This document shows, piece after piece, positions 13,148 to 24,147 of a stretch of 64,000 nt of DNA. Numbering within the stretch: position 1 is the first letter of the stretch; each line of letters starts with the position of its first letter. Source of the DNA: Pavona decussata (taxonomy: Eukaryota). Location: contig CDRNST010000144.1 of the NCBI GenBank assembly GCA_977016875.1, forward strand, positions 6,262,001-6,326,000. The letters are read 5' to 3'. The position numbers and the translations under genes were made by a program. The notes under the pieces were generated by a model that saw only the letters and a list, made by a program, of their open reading frames with translations, did not search any database and was not told where the DNA came from.

Positions 13148-13475
13148 GAATAATGTATTATTCAGTATTATTCACGGGCATGCTCGGAAAAAAAGAAATC
13201 CGAGTGCTCCTATCAGGAGTCAAACCTAAGACCTTCCGATTACTAGTTCGGATGCTCTACCACTGAGCTACAATGGAACTTAGTTTTAATGGCCTAAGCT
13301 TCCACGAGTCTCCTGTAGCTCAGTGGTAGAGCACCCGAACTAGTAATTGGAAGGTCTTAAGTTCGACTCCTGATAGGAGCACTCGGATTTTTTCCGAGTA
13401 TGCTTGTGTCATTTACTGAATAATACATCATTCGCATTTATTCACCAGGCTTAAAATATTCCATCACATTTATTC
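13148..13475. mobile_element. Head-to-head inverted pair of tRNA-derived repeats in the GPCR intron
   Basis: Arms 13148-13272 and 13314-13433 are reverse complements (TGTAGCTCAGTGGTAGAGC...GTTCGACTCC A/B boxes) around a 41-nt spacer; homologous to 34520-34783. Confidence 0.85.
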
Positions 13476-13543
13476 CATTGCGAGTATTTAAGGTTGTAAA
13501 TCAGAAAGCGGTCTAAGAATAGTAAAAGCGATAAAAATCTCAC

Positions 13544-13878
13544 CGATCATAACTGATGGCTGCAAGAGTTGCGGCAGAACAGTTTGTGAAGAGCGTCATA
13601 GCAGGCCATAACAGTTTGCACATGGCAGCACCAAGAGGCCAGACAGGGTATGTTACTTTCAACACCACATCAAACGGAATGCACAACATCGCTACCATAA
13701 GGTCTGACACGGCCAGGTTCACCAATAAGTAGTTACGTGTAGTGCGCATGCGTGGTGTTTGAAAAATCACTAAGCACACGAGCGTGTTCCCGGTGACACC
13801 AATGATAAAGATGATGGCAAACAAAGTGTACTCTGTCACTTGAATGGCAGTTATTCCCTCTTCGGTTGAGCTCGTCAT
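13544..13878 (-). CDS. Class A (rhodopsin-like) GPCR, peptide/neuropeptide-receptor type, coding exon 1 (TM1-TM3)
   Basis: MTSSTEEG...GNTLV (TM1), NLAVSDL (TM2), WPLGAAMCK (ECL1/TM3 Cys), AISYD-R. Ends CG|GTGAG (phase-2 donor, GT at 13543-13542). Upstream acceptor TTTTCTTTGTCCAG opens the exon at 14081, with no ATG before 13878. Confidence 0.95.
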
Positions 13879-16800
13879 TTCTTCGTCAAAGTTTCAGTAG
13901 CAAGCCACTCTACTGCTTTTTGTTTCTTTAAAACTGTTTCTTTTGTTTATGTATTCCGCTCTAACGAGTTGGCAAACTTTTCGTTTATAAAAGCAGGCCT
14001 TCCACTGTCCTCCAATACTCAGTGCAACGGCTTCGTATATTCTCAGTCAGTTGCTGAGGTATGTCTGTTTCTTGATGATTTCTGGACAAAGAAAAGTAGT
14101 TATGTATATTTTAATGCCATGATTTTTTACTTGAAATCAAACCTATGGAAGATGTAGTTATCGTAGAGTATAATCCAGTTTGACGAATGCCTGATATTTG
14201 ATTTCTTCAAGATATCGTTGATTCCAAGTAAAAGTGGTTAGAATTCTGGAAAATTGGTATGGTTAAAAATGTATCCTAGAAATACACTCAGCCCGAGTGT
14301 CAACTTTTCAACAAGGCTGCAGCCTTATCAACAACTGGAGAAATGGTCTGGAAATCTGTATGAAACTATCAATTCAATGTTAAAATCAACGGAGTCAGGT
14401 ATTGGAAGCGAGAATGGTTTGCTTGGCGTGTTATAGCATTGAAATCTACGCACTCGTAGTGGGAACTCCTAGTCGTACTCGTAGCGTAACTCCTGACCGT
14501 CTTTCGTATTTTTTGAGAATCCTTTGAAAATCAGTAAAAAGTTCATTCAACTTTCGTAGTCATTGCATGACATTTTTCTTACGTTTCGCTGACTGCAGTT
14601 TGAGTTTAATGAAGTACCTTTTTAATATTCCAAGCGATCACCTGCAGTTTAGTGACCATTTGTACAACAAGGCCAGTGGAAAAATTCACGTTTGATTTAA
14701 AAGAAATCCTTCAAACTGACTGGCTTAAAACAACACGCTTACCAGAAAAAAAAAACAGGTCACAGTTAGTTTGAGCTGTTTTCTTAGGCAATGTAGGGTG
14801 AACCACTTAACAAGATAAAGAAAATAACGTGCCGTGGCAACTTATACTCCCAACTTTTGTATATTCCTGATTATTTATTACATTATTAATAAAGACGATA
14901 CCTCTTTTTAGGTTCTATATTTCCAATGCTTAAATGAATTAGCCTTAGGCATGTGATCAGTTTAGCGCAAAGTCAATCAGGAAGATTAATAGCAGGTTTC
15001 TTTTAACCTCTTTCGTTTTAAGGCTTTTCCAGTTTAAACTTGTTTTACAAGTTATGTTGTTAGTACACTCAATTTTATGAAGTGAAAGCAGTAAAACCCC
15101 ATTCTTAAGAAATGTGTCCTTCTTTATGTCCACAAATCGCAACAAAGGTTCAAATGCGTAGTAATATAGTTTCTAATATCGCTTCCATACAATGCAGTTT
15201 TTCTTTTTCTTTGTAGGAAGAAGGTCCAATTGCGAAGTTGAACAACCACCTGACTGGTATTACTCACAACAAGACATACTTTTGAAAGATATTCCTCTGT
15301 ACGTGACAATTCAAATACAGATTAGTTTTTCAATCTTCTTTTTGTGATAAAAGTGACAAATTATTAAGCGGCAGGATAATGGGAACATTTCCCGGAAAAG
15401 CGGAGATCTCACTGACTGACATTTAAAAAAGATCAACAAAATATATCTTTTACGTACAAAATTCAATTTAAGAATAATTTTATCTCCATCTGCATCGAAC
15501 CAGGATGATCTTGTTTTTTAAAGAAATTTTTTGGAAGCTAACGGCTGATGTCATTTTAGTCAAAAGGACATTTGAAAGGGACATAACTGTTTTCCCTGAA
15601 GTGACTCGGTTGGAAAGTTGTGAAGTATAAAGTTAAGTTGAGAGAAGAAATGAAAGCTGAGAAGGTACAGTCTTACGTTATTGTTGCAGCGTACTTAATT
15701 CAGGTTTTGTTGCTGTAAAGCATTTGGAAACGTTTCGGTCTCTTTCCTAGAGATAAGCTCGTTTAATCTCCATGATTTCTTTTATTCTTCCGATTTACTT
15801 GACTTTGTTAAAACAATAAACGATGGTGCGGTATCAAATTCCGGATCTAACGACCTAAGAGAGAGAGAGAGTGTGTGATGATCGAATCTGTATTTTCAAA
15901 TTTATAATGAGAAAACTTTCAAGCTCGAAGACGCAACGAAAGCATTTACTAAAAGCCTTCGATTTTACTTGCACCTAAGGCTTGCGCAATTTGACAACGT
16001 TTCTGAAATGTGTCACTTGGGGTAAGGTCAAGAAAAGAAAAATTAAGCGTAAAAGAAACAACCATGCTAAAAGAGCTTTCATTTGAATTGAATAGTTACA
16101 CAGTTGTTCAGATCCAACTTCCACAGTAAACTGAACAACCGCTCAGTAGCTACTTTAAAAGGCAGAATCTCATTACTTGCTCAAGGCTTAACTCCAGCTA
16201 AAGAAAATTAGATTGTGCCGGCAGCAAGTTTGCACAGCTGAAAGTTTTTTTCATCTCGACCTGGTGGCATAAATATCGCGGCTGACAGCAGAAGGAACAA
16301 AACACCGAATACAAATTGTTATTATCTTTTCGGCAAAGTGCCTTTAGTACAGGAAATTTGTTTAAGGCAATGATATCTTGTACTTTCTGGTTGATAGTTT
16401 GTCAAATACCTTAATCCACCTGCTACAGCTACCTGCGCCCTATTCATAAAATGTTGTTCGCAGTATATAATATGTAGTGTTTTTTTGTTTGTTTTGTTTT
16501 GTTTTGTTTTGTTTTTTTTTCAATTTTGGTCATTTTATGATTTGTATTTTGCAGTCGTATGCACACACCACGGACTGAAACAATATCAGTTTTTCTCGAT
16601 CCATTTTGGTGTCTTTATCCATTTGTATTATTTTGCGTCATGCCGTGAGTGGATAACACAAATTGACTTATTTCATGAATATTACAACAGAAAACCAATT
16701 ACAGTGCTTAAGTTTAACAGGCTCTTAAAATGCAAATTAACCGGGTTAGTTGCGTTCATTTCAAAACAACCGATTGCGTGCGATAAATATAATCCTCCTT

Positions 16801-17664
16801 TTGAAAATAAAAGCCTCTAGCCTTTTTTTCAAAAACAGTTTTAGTTCACAAACAATTTGATTGTTTTGGTCTGTGTAGTCTATACAGATAATGACAAATT
16901 GTTGGGAAGAACTTAAGCTCATCCAAGAAAAATAACATTATTAAAATGAACCGACATGACTACACGATCTGAGTTGTGGCGTAGCTTGTAATTATCCGGC
17001 GCTCAAGAGAGAACTACTTTTAAAGTTATTACTGTGAGAGTCGTTTCTCTGAAAAAAGGTGTGAACACCAGCTGGTTAATACAGCCAGTCATGAAATTTT
17101 TAACCTAAACACAGCGTATATTTCATTTCTTATTTGATAAAAGCCCTCTTTTAATTCACCTTTCAGTTATCAGTTAAAATACAAAGAAAAAATGAGGATT
17201 TTTTCAAATAGCACTTTTTCATCAAAACAGTTTTCACATTTATTATTGCTTTATTTTGCCTTATATTCCTCATAATTGCTTTAGTTGATGAAAAACAACG
17301 GTCCCTTTCTTTCGTCATTAAACTAGAGCACTCCAGTATTCATTTATTCTCTAAGAATTAAGGTATCACGGTTGCGTTTATGCGTTGAAAATTTAAGCGA
17401 TGTTACTGAGGTCTATTCCCAGGATTTTCTGAATTCTAACTACACAGCATCATTCTTTAAAACTCATATTTCTGTTAACAAAATGCAAAACTTTTTTATG
17501 TTACCACACAGCTGCATCAAAGAATCCTCTAATTAGTGCGAAGACAGGATTCAGAAACATAGCTTTTAGAACGGGCATAAAGCTTTATAATTCAAGACTA
17601 ACGAACTGAATCTTAATGAAGATGTACCGAATATTAATTTTAAAAACCAATACTAGTAACCAAC

Positions 17665-18852
17665 AAAGAAACAAGACACTCAAGCTTACCTTGCCTCAAA
17701 TGCTCTCGCTTTCTTGTTGCTTCATTTCAAGAGTGATCTCCCTGACGACCGAATCGTAAAGGCTTTTTAGCTGTCGGGACTTGACCAAATAAAGGTGTTG
17801 TGGGCATAAGTTTGTTAGAGAAGTCGACGTATTCCCTAAGGGCCAATCTAAATGACTAAAATTATGAAAGTTGAGATAGATTCACCATAGCAACGGGACA
17901 AAATGCGAGAACAATTTGCTTTCGCTCAAACGGCGAGATAAAAGGCGTTTTAATTAATTTTTAACGATATTCGTCATATATATTTTCATCTAGCACTTAT
18001 TCTAGACATGACTTCTGAATAACTATGAATATGTTATTATTTTTTTACATAGTGGCCTAAAGTCTACTTCGTTTTGTCTCGTGTACTTTCTTAAAGTAGC
18101 TAGCATTCTAACGCAAACATATTACATAAAACTGTCAATGATTTTATCTCTTAGTTTCACTCAAGATCCCTTGACTGTTAAACCACAACCAATAGTAATG
18201 GAAAGATTGACAAGATCTATGTGTTCCGAATACTACAGTTAACCTGTCAAATTATAAAACACTTTAAAATTGTTCTCAGTGTCCTCAATGCTGGTGTTGG
18301 TCCATCTTCAGTGTTTTAGCAGCCATGTTGCTAATGATGTATGGATAGATGTACTTGCCTACATTGATACCACGGAAAAAAAAGGAATTTTATTGAAATT
18401 AATACAGTTTTAATTACAGTTTCTATTTTCAGGAATTAATACGCTGATATTGTAGCACCTTGAGAAATTAACATATTTAAGAAAATTGTAATCTCACTTT
18501 TTCCATTCTGTAATTAGCTCGCTTTGCATAAAGAACACTTCTTTCCTTTCTTAAGATCCGTCAGTTAGCGATTCTTTGTTACTTTAGCTAACATCTCAAA
18601 CATGAACGTTTCTCAATCGGAAAAACGTCAGTCTGTTAAATCATGGCGTAGAAACTGCCGACATAGATTAAACTGATGGCCCATTTAATCCACATGATTC
18701 TAAAACAAGTGTAATTTTATGACGGGATTATTTGGGAAAATTAAACAAAACTTTATCAAGTTAATTGGCTTTTTCAAAAAAGGCTGGCCCAGCTTTGAGA
18801 TAAATTTTGTTGGTGATAACGAATAAGTGAATTAACTGATTTAGAAGAACTC
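17665..18852 (-). promoter_or_regulatory. Candidate promoter + non-coding first exon of the GPCR, copy A of a local duplication
   Basis: Collinear with 20848-22280. Minus-strand donor AAG|GTAAGC (exon ends 17690), conserved TTGACCAAATAAAGGTG 17781-17797, CCAAT 17843-17847, X-box-like TTCACCATAGCAAC 17881-17894. Confidence 0.55.
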
Positions 18853-19219
18853 TTAATAAAAGAATAAACTGAATGAAATTTGGAGTCATGTAAGATTCAA
18901 CCGAAACCCTGTGTAAGTTAAGCCCCGATGGCCGCAAGGTTTGCCCAGTTGTATCTTGGAAACCTGCAGTTGTAGAATACTTGCTTCACTGAGTATCGCT
19001 ATAAACTCTGTATTCGTATCCCGCTCATAAGCCAGATTTTGTTCTGCGTTTTTTCTGAACTGAAGACTGCCCTCCGGTCAATATGTGCAAACGAAACCTG
19101 TGACCTTATTTCTGTAGTACTGTCCATTTTTGCTACAACCGATAAAATTGTAATAATTATAAGTTGCTACTTTAAAACGTACTTAAAGAAAATGGCCGAA
19201 CTTTTTCTCACAACCGTAA

Positions 19220-19551
19220 GGAAGGTACCTCCTAACACAGATATTTTTGCACAGTGTATGACTATGAAGGAGCAGCAGATCATAGCAATGGCTATTGAAA
19301 TACCTCCAAAATATTGGGGGCAACCATACATTTCTCCGAGACAATTAAACAACAATAATTCAAAAAATCTTTAAAATACATGACAGCATATTTTTTTCCA
19401 AGCTGAAGCTTAGTTATCACTGAAAAATGCATCGTTAACCCCAAGTTTATTTTTGTTTTCCAACAGCCCTTGGAAGCCTTAAGAAATCAGTTTCTCGGAC
19501 CATCACGAGATGCGCAGAACGTATGCGCAGTAGCAAAAAGAGGCATCGTCC
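19220..19551 (-). mobile_element. MITE family A copy, inverted
   Basis: CGAGATGCGCAGAACGTATGCGCAGTA is the reverse complement of sequence near the left end of 22504-22896; ends AGGCATCGTCC. Confidence 0.75.
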
Positions 19552-20847
19552 TTGATAGGGCTCTAAATACCCGTCGGGGAACTTGATCTTGTATTAAAAC
19601 GAGAGTATTACAGAATATTTTCCAGGATGAACTCTTGCTAAGCTTGAGAACTGGAGTCTCGTATTTTCGTCCTTAATTTCTGTCATTTTTGTCAATTTTA
19701 GTGGTTTAAGTTATATTTCCGAATCACGTTAAAACTAAAATGATTTACTTTAATTAAATTATAAGGTATCGCCGAGACAGTGTGTTCCACAAGCGATCAA
19801 CATATGTAGTTTTCAAACTAGATGCGATTGCAACAAATATCAAGACGAGGCTAGCCGTATATTTCAGCAGCTAGCAGATACTGTGATCTCGTGCTACTGC
19901 AACCGGCGAAAATAATTATTGAACAATAAGACCAAAGAGGGTTAAAAGTCGAAAGAAGAATCTTGAAATATTGAACAACTTCAAAATTTTTAATGACGTA
20001 AGTTGAGAATAATTAATTTATTTCTACTGAAAACAAATATCAAATTTAAAAGCAGGATTTCTCGTCGCGTTCTTTCTAACTTGTCACTTGCCCATATGTT
20101 TTGTGAGCACAGAAAGGTCCGTGTCAAGAACTGAATGGCGATGTCCACAATATTAATAACGATAACAACATTCGTAGATACAAATCAAGTATTGCTTGTT
20201 TTCTAATCACTCTGCAGTGAAACTAGAACTAAACATTTTTACTCAAAATTTCGTCAAATGTAGTCAAGAATCGGGAATAGGCTTCTCGTTTGTGATGATT
20301 ACTGATACCTATACACGGGCTGCAGAAGAACAGTACAGTGTAGTCGTCCTGAATGTTAAGGATCATAACAAATATTCATTAATTAAATAAATGCATTTTA
20401 GCCTTGCATATCCAACGTTTACATCAATAGCTAATACTAAATTAAGGTTCCTCTCAGCCCATATTAAAAACTTTACGTTAAGCCAAAACGAGATATGTCG
20501 TCAAGTGACCTTGAACTGCAAAGAACACCTAAATAATATATATCTAAATTAGGAAAAGTCATGCGTGCTTCCAAAGCAGAATGTAGTACGTAGTAGAGTC
20601 TTTATTTTGCGAGAGCAATACATAATAGTGCATAACACTAATACTGTAAACTTGGGATAATCCCCAATACAATCCTGTTTCCATAACGTAAGAAAATACA
20701 TTGCTCTCTAATCACTCTGCAGTGAGACGACAACAAAACATTTGCACACTAAATACCATCGAACGCAGACAGGAATCAGGAATGAGCAAAACAACAAAAA
20801 TAATACCAGTGCGCGACCTAACAATCTCGCTTCTTTTTCCAACCATG

Positions 20848-22280
20848 AAAGAAACAAGACGCTCAAGCTTCTTGTCATGTACTCACCGCGTCTGAAATGC
20901 TCTCACTTTCTTGTTGCTTCAGGACAAGTCTGACCTATGTGACGTCAGAATTATGAGTTGACCAAATAAAGGTGCTAGCACTTAGCTTGTTAGATCAGTT
21001 GATTTATTACTGTAAGGGCCAATCTTATCGTCATACCTGACTAAAATTATGAAAATTGAGATGGAGTTACCATAGCAACGGGACAAAATCTAGCGCTTAG
21101 TCAAGCCATGACTTCTAACTAAAAATTAATTTAAAAAGCAATGCCTGTTTTGTCTTGTGTACTTTCTGAAGCAGCAGTGTATAAAACTGACAATGATATT
21201 ATCTCTTATTTTCGTCAAGATCATACCTCATATAACTGTCAACCGCACCTAATTGTGTTCAGGCGTTAGTATAGTTAACCAGTTAAATTATGAACTTTAA
21301 CATTATCTTCAATGCGGGTGTTGTTTCATCTTTAATTGATTTAGCATGCAGCCGTGTCACTGATGATGTATGGATGTACCTCCATATATTGTTACATCTT
21401 TCAACACAGAATATATAAAAAACGTTTTATCGAAATAAATGAACAAGAAAGTACGCTTAAATAGCTGGATAAATTTTCTTTAGAGTAAAATGTTTCACTT
21501 TATAGGCACCTAAATTGTTTGTGCCAAATATTTTTCGCAAATATTTTCCGGCAAGATTTTTCTTTGTCGTGTCCATCAACAGCAAGTAAACCTGTGTTAC
21601 CGTTCAGAGATCAGACAGGAAAAAGAATCCACTGATTAAAATGTGTCCATCGGGTGCAGAGACAGCTTCATTCCTGGGTTTAAATAATAACTAAGAAATA
21701 TCATACAAAGTGTTACTCTCAGCTGAAAAGATTTGTTGTAACCTACAACTTTAAAAGACTACGGAACATTTTTGTTTGCTTATAAGCATTCTCCCTGATC
21801 AGAGATTAGAGGAAAACATGCAGTTTTCTGCAGGCTTGCATATTATTTAAGAAAATTGTAATCTAGCTTTGTCCATTTGGAAATTAGTTCTTGATTTAAA
21901 AGACAAGTCGTTCCTTTTTACAGATCCGCCAATTAGCGATTCTTAACCGTGTTATTTAAGATGACATTCCAAAAATGAACGTTTATCAATCGGAACTGAA
22001 GCCTCTCTTAAATCATGTCATAGAGACATAGAAGATCGCCCACATAGATTAAAATGGTCCATTAAAGTTCCATGGTTTTAGAATATGTGTGATCTTAAGA
22101 CGGGATTGTCGAGAAAATTAAAGAGACCTAATCAAGTTAATGGTAATAGTAAGTTAATACGTAAGTCCGGCTCAGGTTTAATCAAATTTTGATGGCGATA
22201 ACGTGAATGATAACGTACATATGAATGAACGAATTAGTTAATTAAGTAATTACTCAATTAATTGATTAAGAAAAACTCAG
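20848..22280 (-). promoter_or_regulatory. Candidate promoter + non-coding first exon of the GPCR, copy B of a local duplication
   Basis: Donor GCG|GTGAGT (exon ends 20887), CRE TGACGTCA 20940-20947, TTGACCAAATAAAGGTG 20958-20974, CCAAT 21019-21023, X-box GTTACCATAGCAAC 21066-21079, plus a ~0.4 kb segment absent from copy A. Confidence 0.55.
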
Positions 22281-22503
22281 TATCATACATTACAAGGTGG
22301 TTATATCTTAATTGAATCGGTGGAGGAAAACCCAAAGTGTATCGGATTATTCAGTTGAAGCAGGCTGCTGATGCAGTGTTTCCTGTGTTACTGCCTTAGT
22401 ATGCTATACAAGGTGGTTGTAACTCTTAACTATTAAAACTATCAGTATTCAGGGTGAATGCTTGAAAGACTTGAGGACTGGAATCTTTTTTTTTTGTCCT
22501 TAA

Positions 22504-22896
22504 GGACGGTGCCTACTTTTGTTACTGCGCATACGTTCTGCGCATCTCGAGATACTCGAGTTTCCTATGGGTGTTGCCTACTAATACAGGGATATTTTTG
22601 CACGGTTTAAAACTATGTGAAGAAAGCAGAACTTAGCAAGTACTTTTGGTATCCAGAAAGGAAATTGGGGGTAACAATGCATTTTTCAGAGAAAAAAAGC
22701 TTCAATTTTGAACAAAACGCCATACATTTCTTTGTATTTTACTGTTTTTTAGAATAATTATTGCTTAATTATCTCTAAAAAATGTATGGTCATCCCCAAA
22801 TTTCTTTTTGGATTTCAAAAGCCCTTTCTAAGATCTGCTTTCCATGCATTGTCATATTTACCACACAAAAATACTTCTTTATTAGTAGGCACCATA
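22504..22896 (+). mobile_element. TTAA-flanked MITE, family A
   Basis: TTAA-GGACGGTGCCTACT ... AGTAGGCACCATA-TTAA, internally quasi-palindromic; relatives at 19220-19551 and 32456-32782. Confidence 0.8.
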
Positions 22897-22900
22897 TTAA

Positions 22901-23281
22901 AGGGAAAGTATCGCGGGGATTTTTACCTTTTGTAGCGAAAATTGTGCAACAACACCTTCACTTAGTTACAGCTGACTAGTTCCAGGCGGAACAGCGAAAT
23001 ACAGAAATCGCTGACTGAAAGCAAAGGATCGAACAGCTTATGATCTGTTCCAGCGCATTTTGAAAAAGAAAATGCGGAAACTTGAATAATGTTTGTATAG
23101 CGTTTTAAATTTCCAACCCACTCCGACCAAGTCCATCCGTAACCGGACACACTCATCCACAAATTGAATACACTGCGGTGGAAATTTTTAACAAAACTGA
23201 ACCAATATTGTTAAGTTTCTGTTGATAGAAAAACGCTCTCGAGTTTTTGTAATTACAACAGATCCTAATGAAACTGCCCCT
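22901..23281. mobile_element. TTAA-flanked MITE, family B-like
   Basis: TTAA-AGGGAAAGTATCGCGGGGATTTT ... TGAAACTGCCCCT-TTAA; similar size and ends to 8086-8454. Confidence 0.7.
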
Positions 23282-24147
23282 TTAATTTTGAATAAAAACA
23301 TTTTTGTCAGGATATTTTTTCAGCTTTTATAACACAGAAAATCCCATGTCAATGAGTGAATGGTGGTGTTCATAATTACTAAGAATAAAAATATTCAAAT
23401 CAAAGATTGCAAGGAACTTACCTCTGACAAAATTTTTAGTTATACCTTCCCACAGCATTCACAAGCACAACTCCTTGTGTGTGAAATGAACGATTCCAAT
23501 AAGGGTGGGATTAAAGAAATCGAACGGTAACAGACATCAATGCCATGACTTTAATGATGTCGATTAAAATTGTCCATTTAACTGGTCAAAAGAGTTGTGT
23601 CATGGAGTATTAATGACCAGGGTGATTTAAGTACGTTTCAACTCGCGTGGAATTTCCACGCCCTCGCAAACCTCATAAATCTGTCAAGTTACTAAATTTC
23701 TTATTTTCCGGTTACTCATAACAACATACTTCAAAACAGCTCAATCATCACTATTGATATTACTTTTAATGTAACGGTGTTTAATAAAACAAACGAAAAA
23801 ACATTTCAATCAGCAGCAAAACCTTGAAAATGATCGGCTATCGCGTGTCCTTCGATGTTTTCAAAGTCGAGAGAAAAAAATGATCAGATTTTAGGTTTAA
23901 AAATATGCAGGAATTTTATGCTATTTCTAACCTTGAGCGTATAAAAGAGCATCAAATGAGCAATTTGCATCACGCATTGTTTTTAGACGTCGTTACAAGT
24001 TTTGAAGTGGTCATGAGAGCCAACGCGCAGTGTAATAACAAGGAAATTCCAGCACGAACGGATACTTTTTCCCACGTGTTAATTGGTTATAACGGCGATT
24101 GGAAACAATTAATCGGCTTATCCCTTTCACTGAATCAGGTCAACAAG

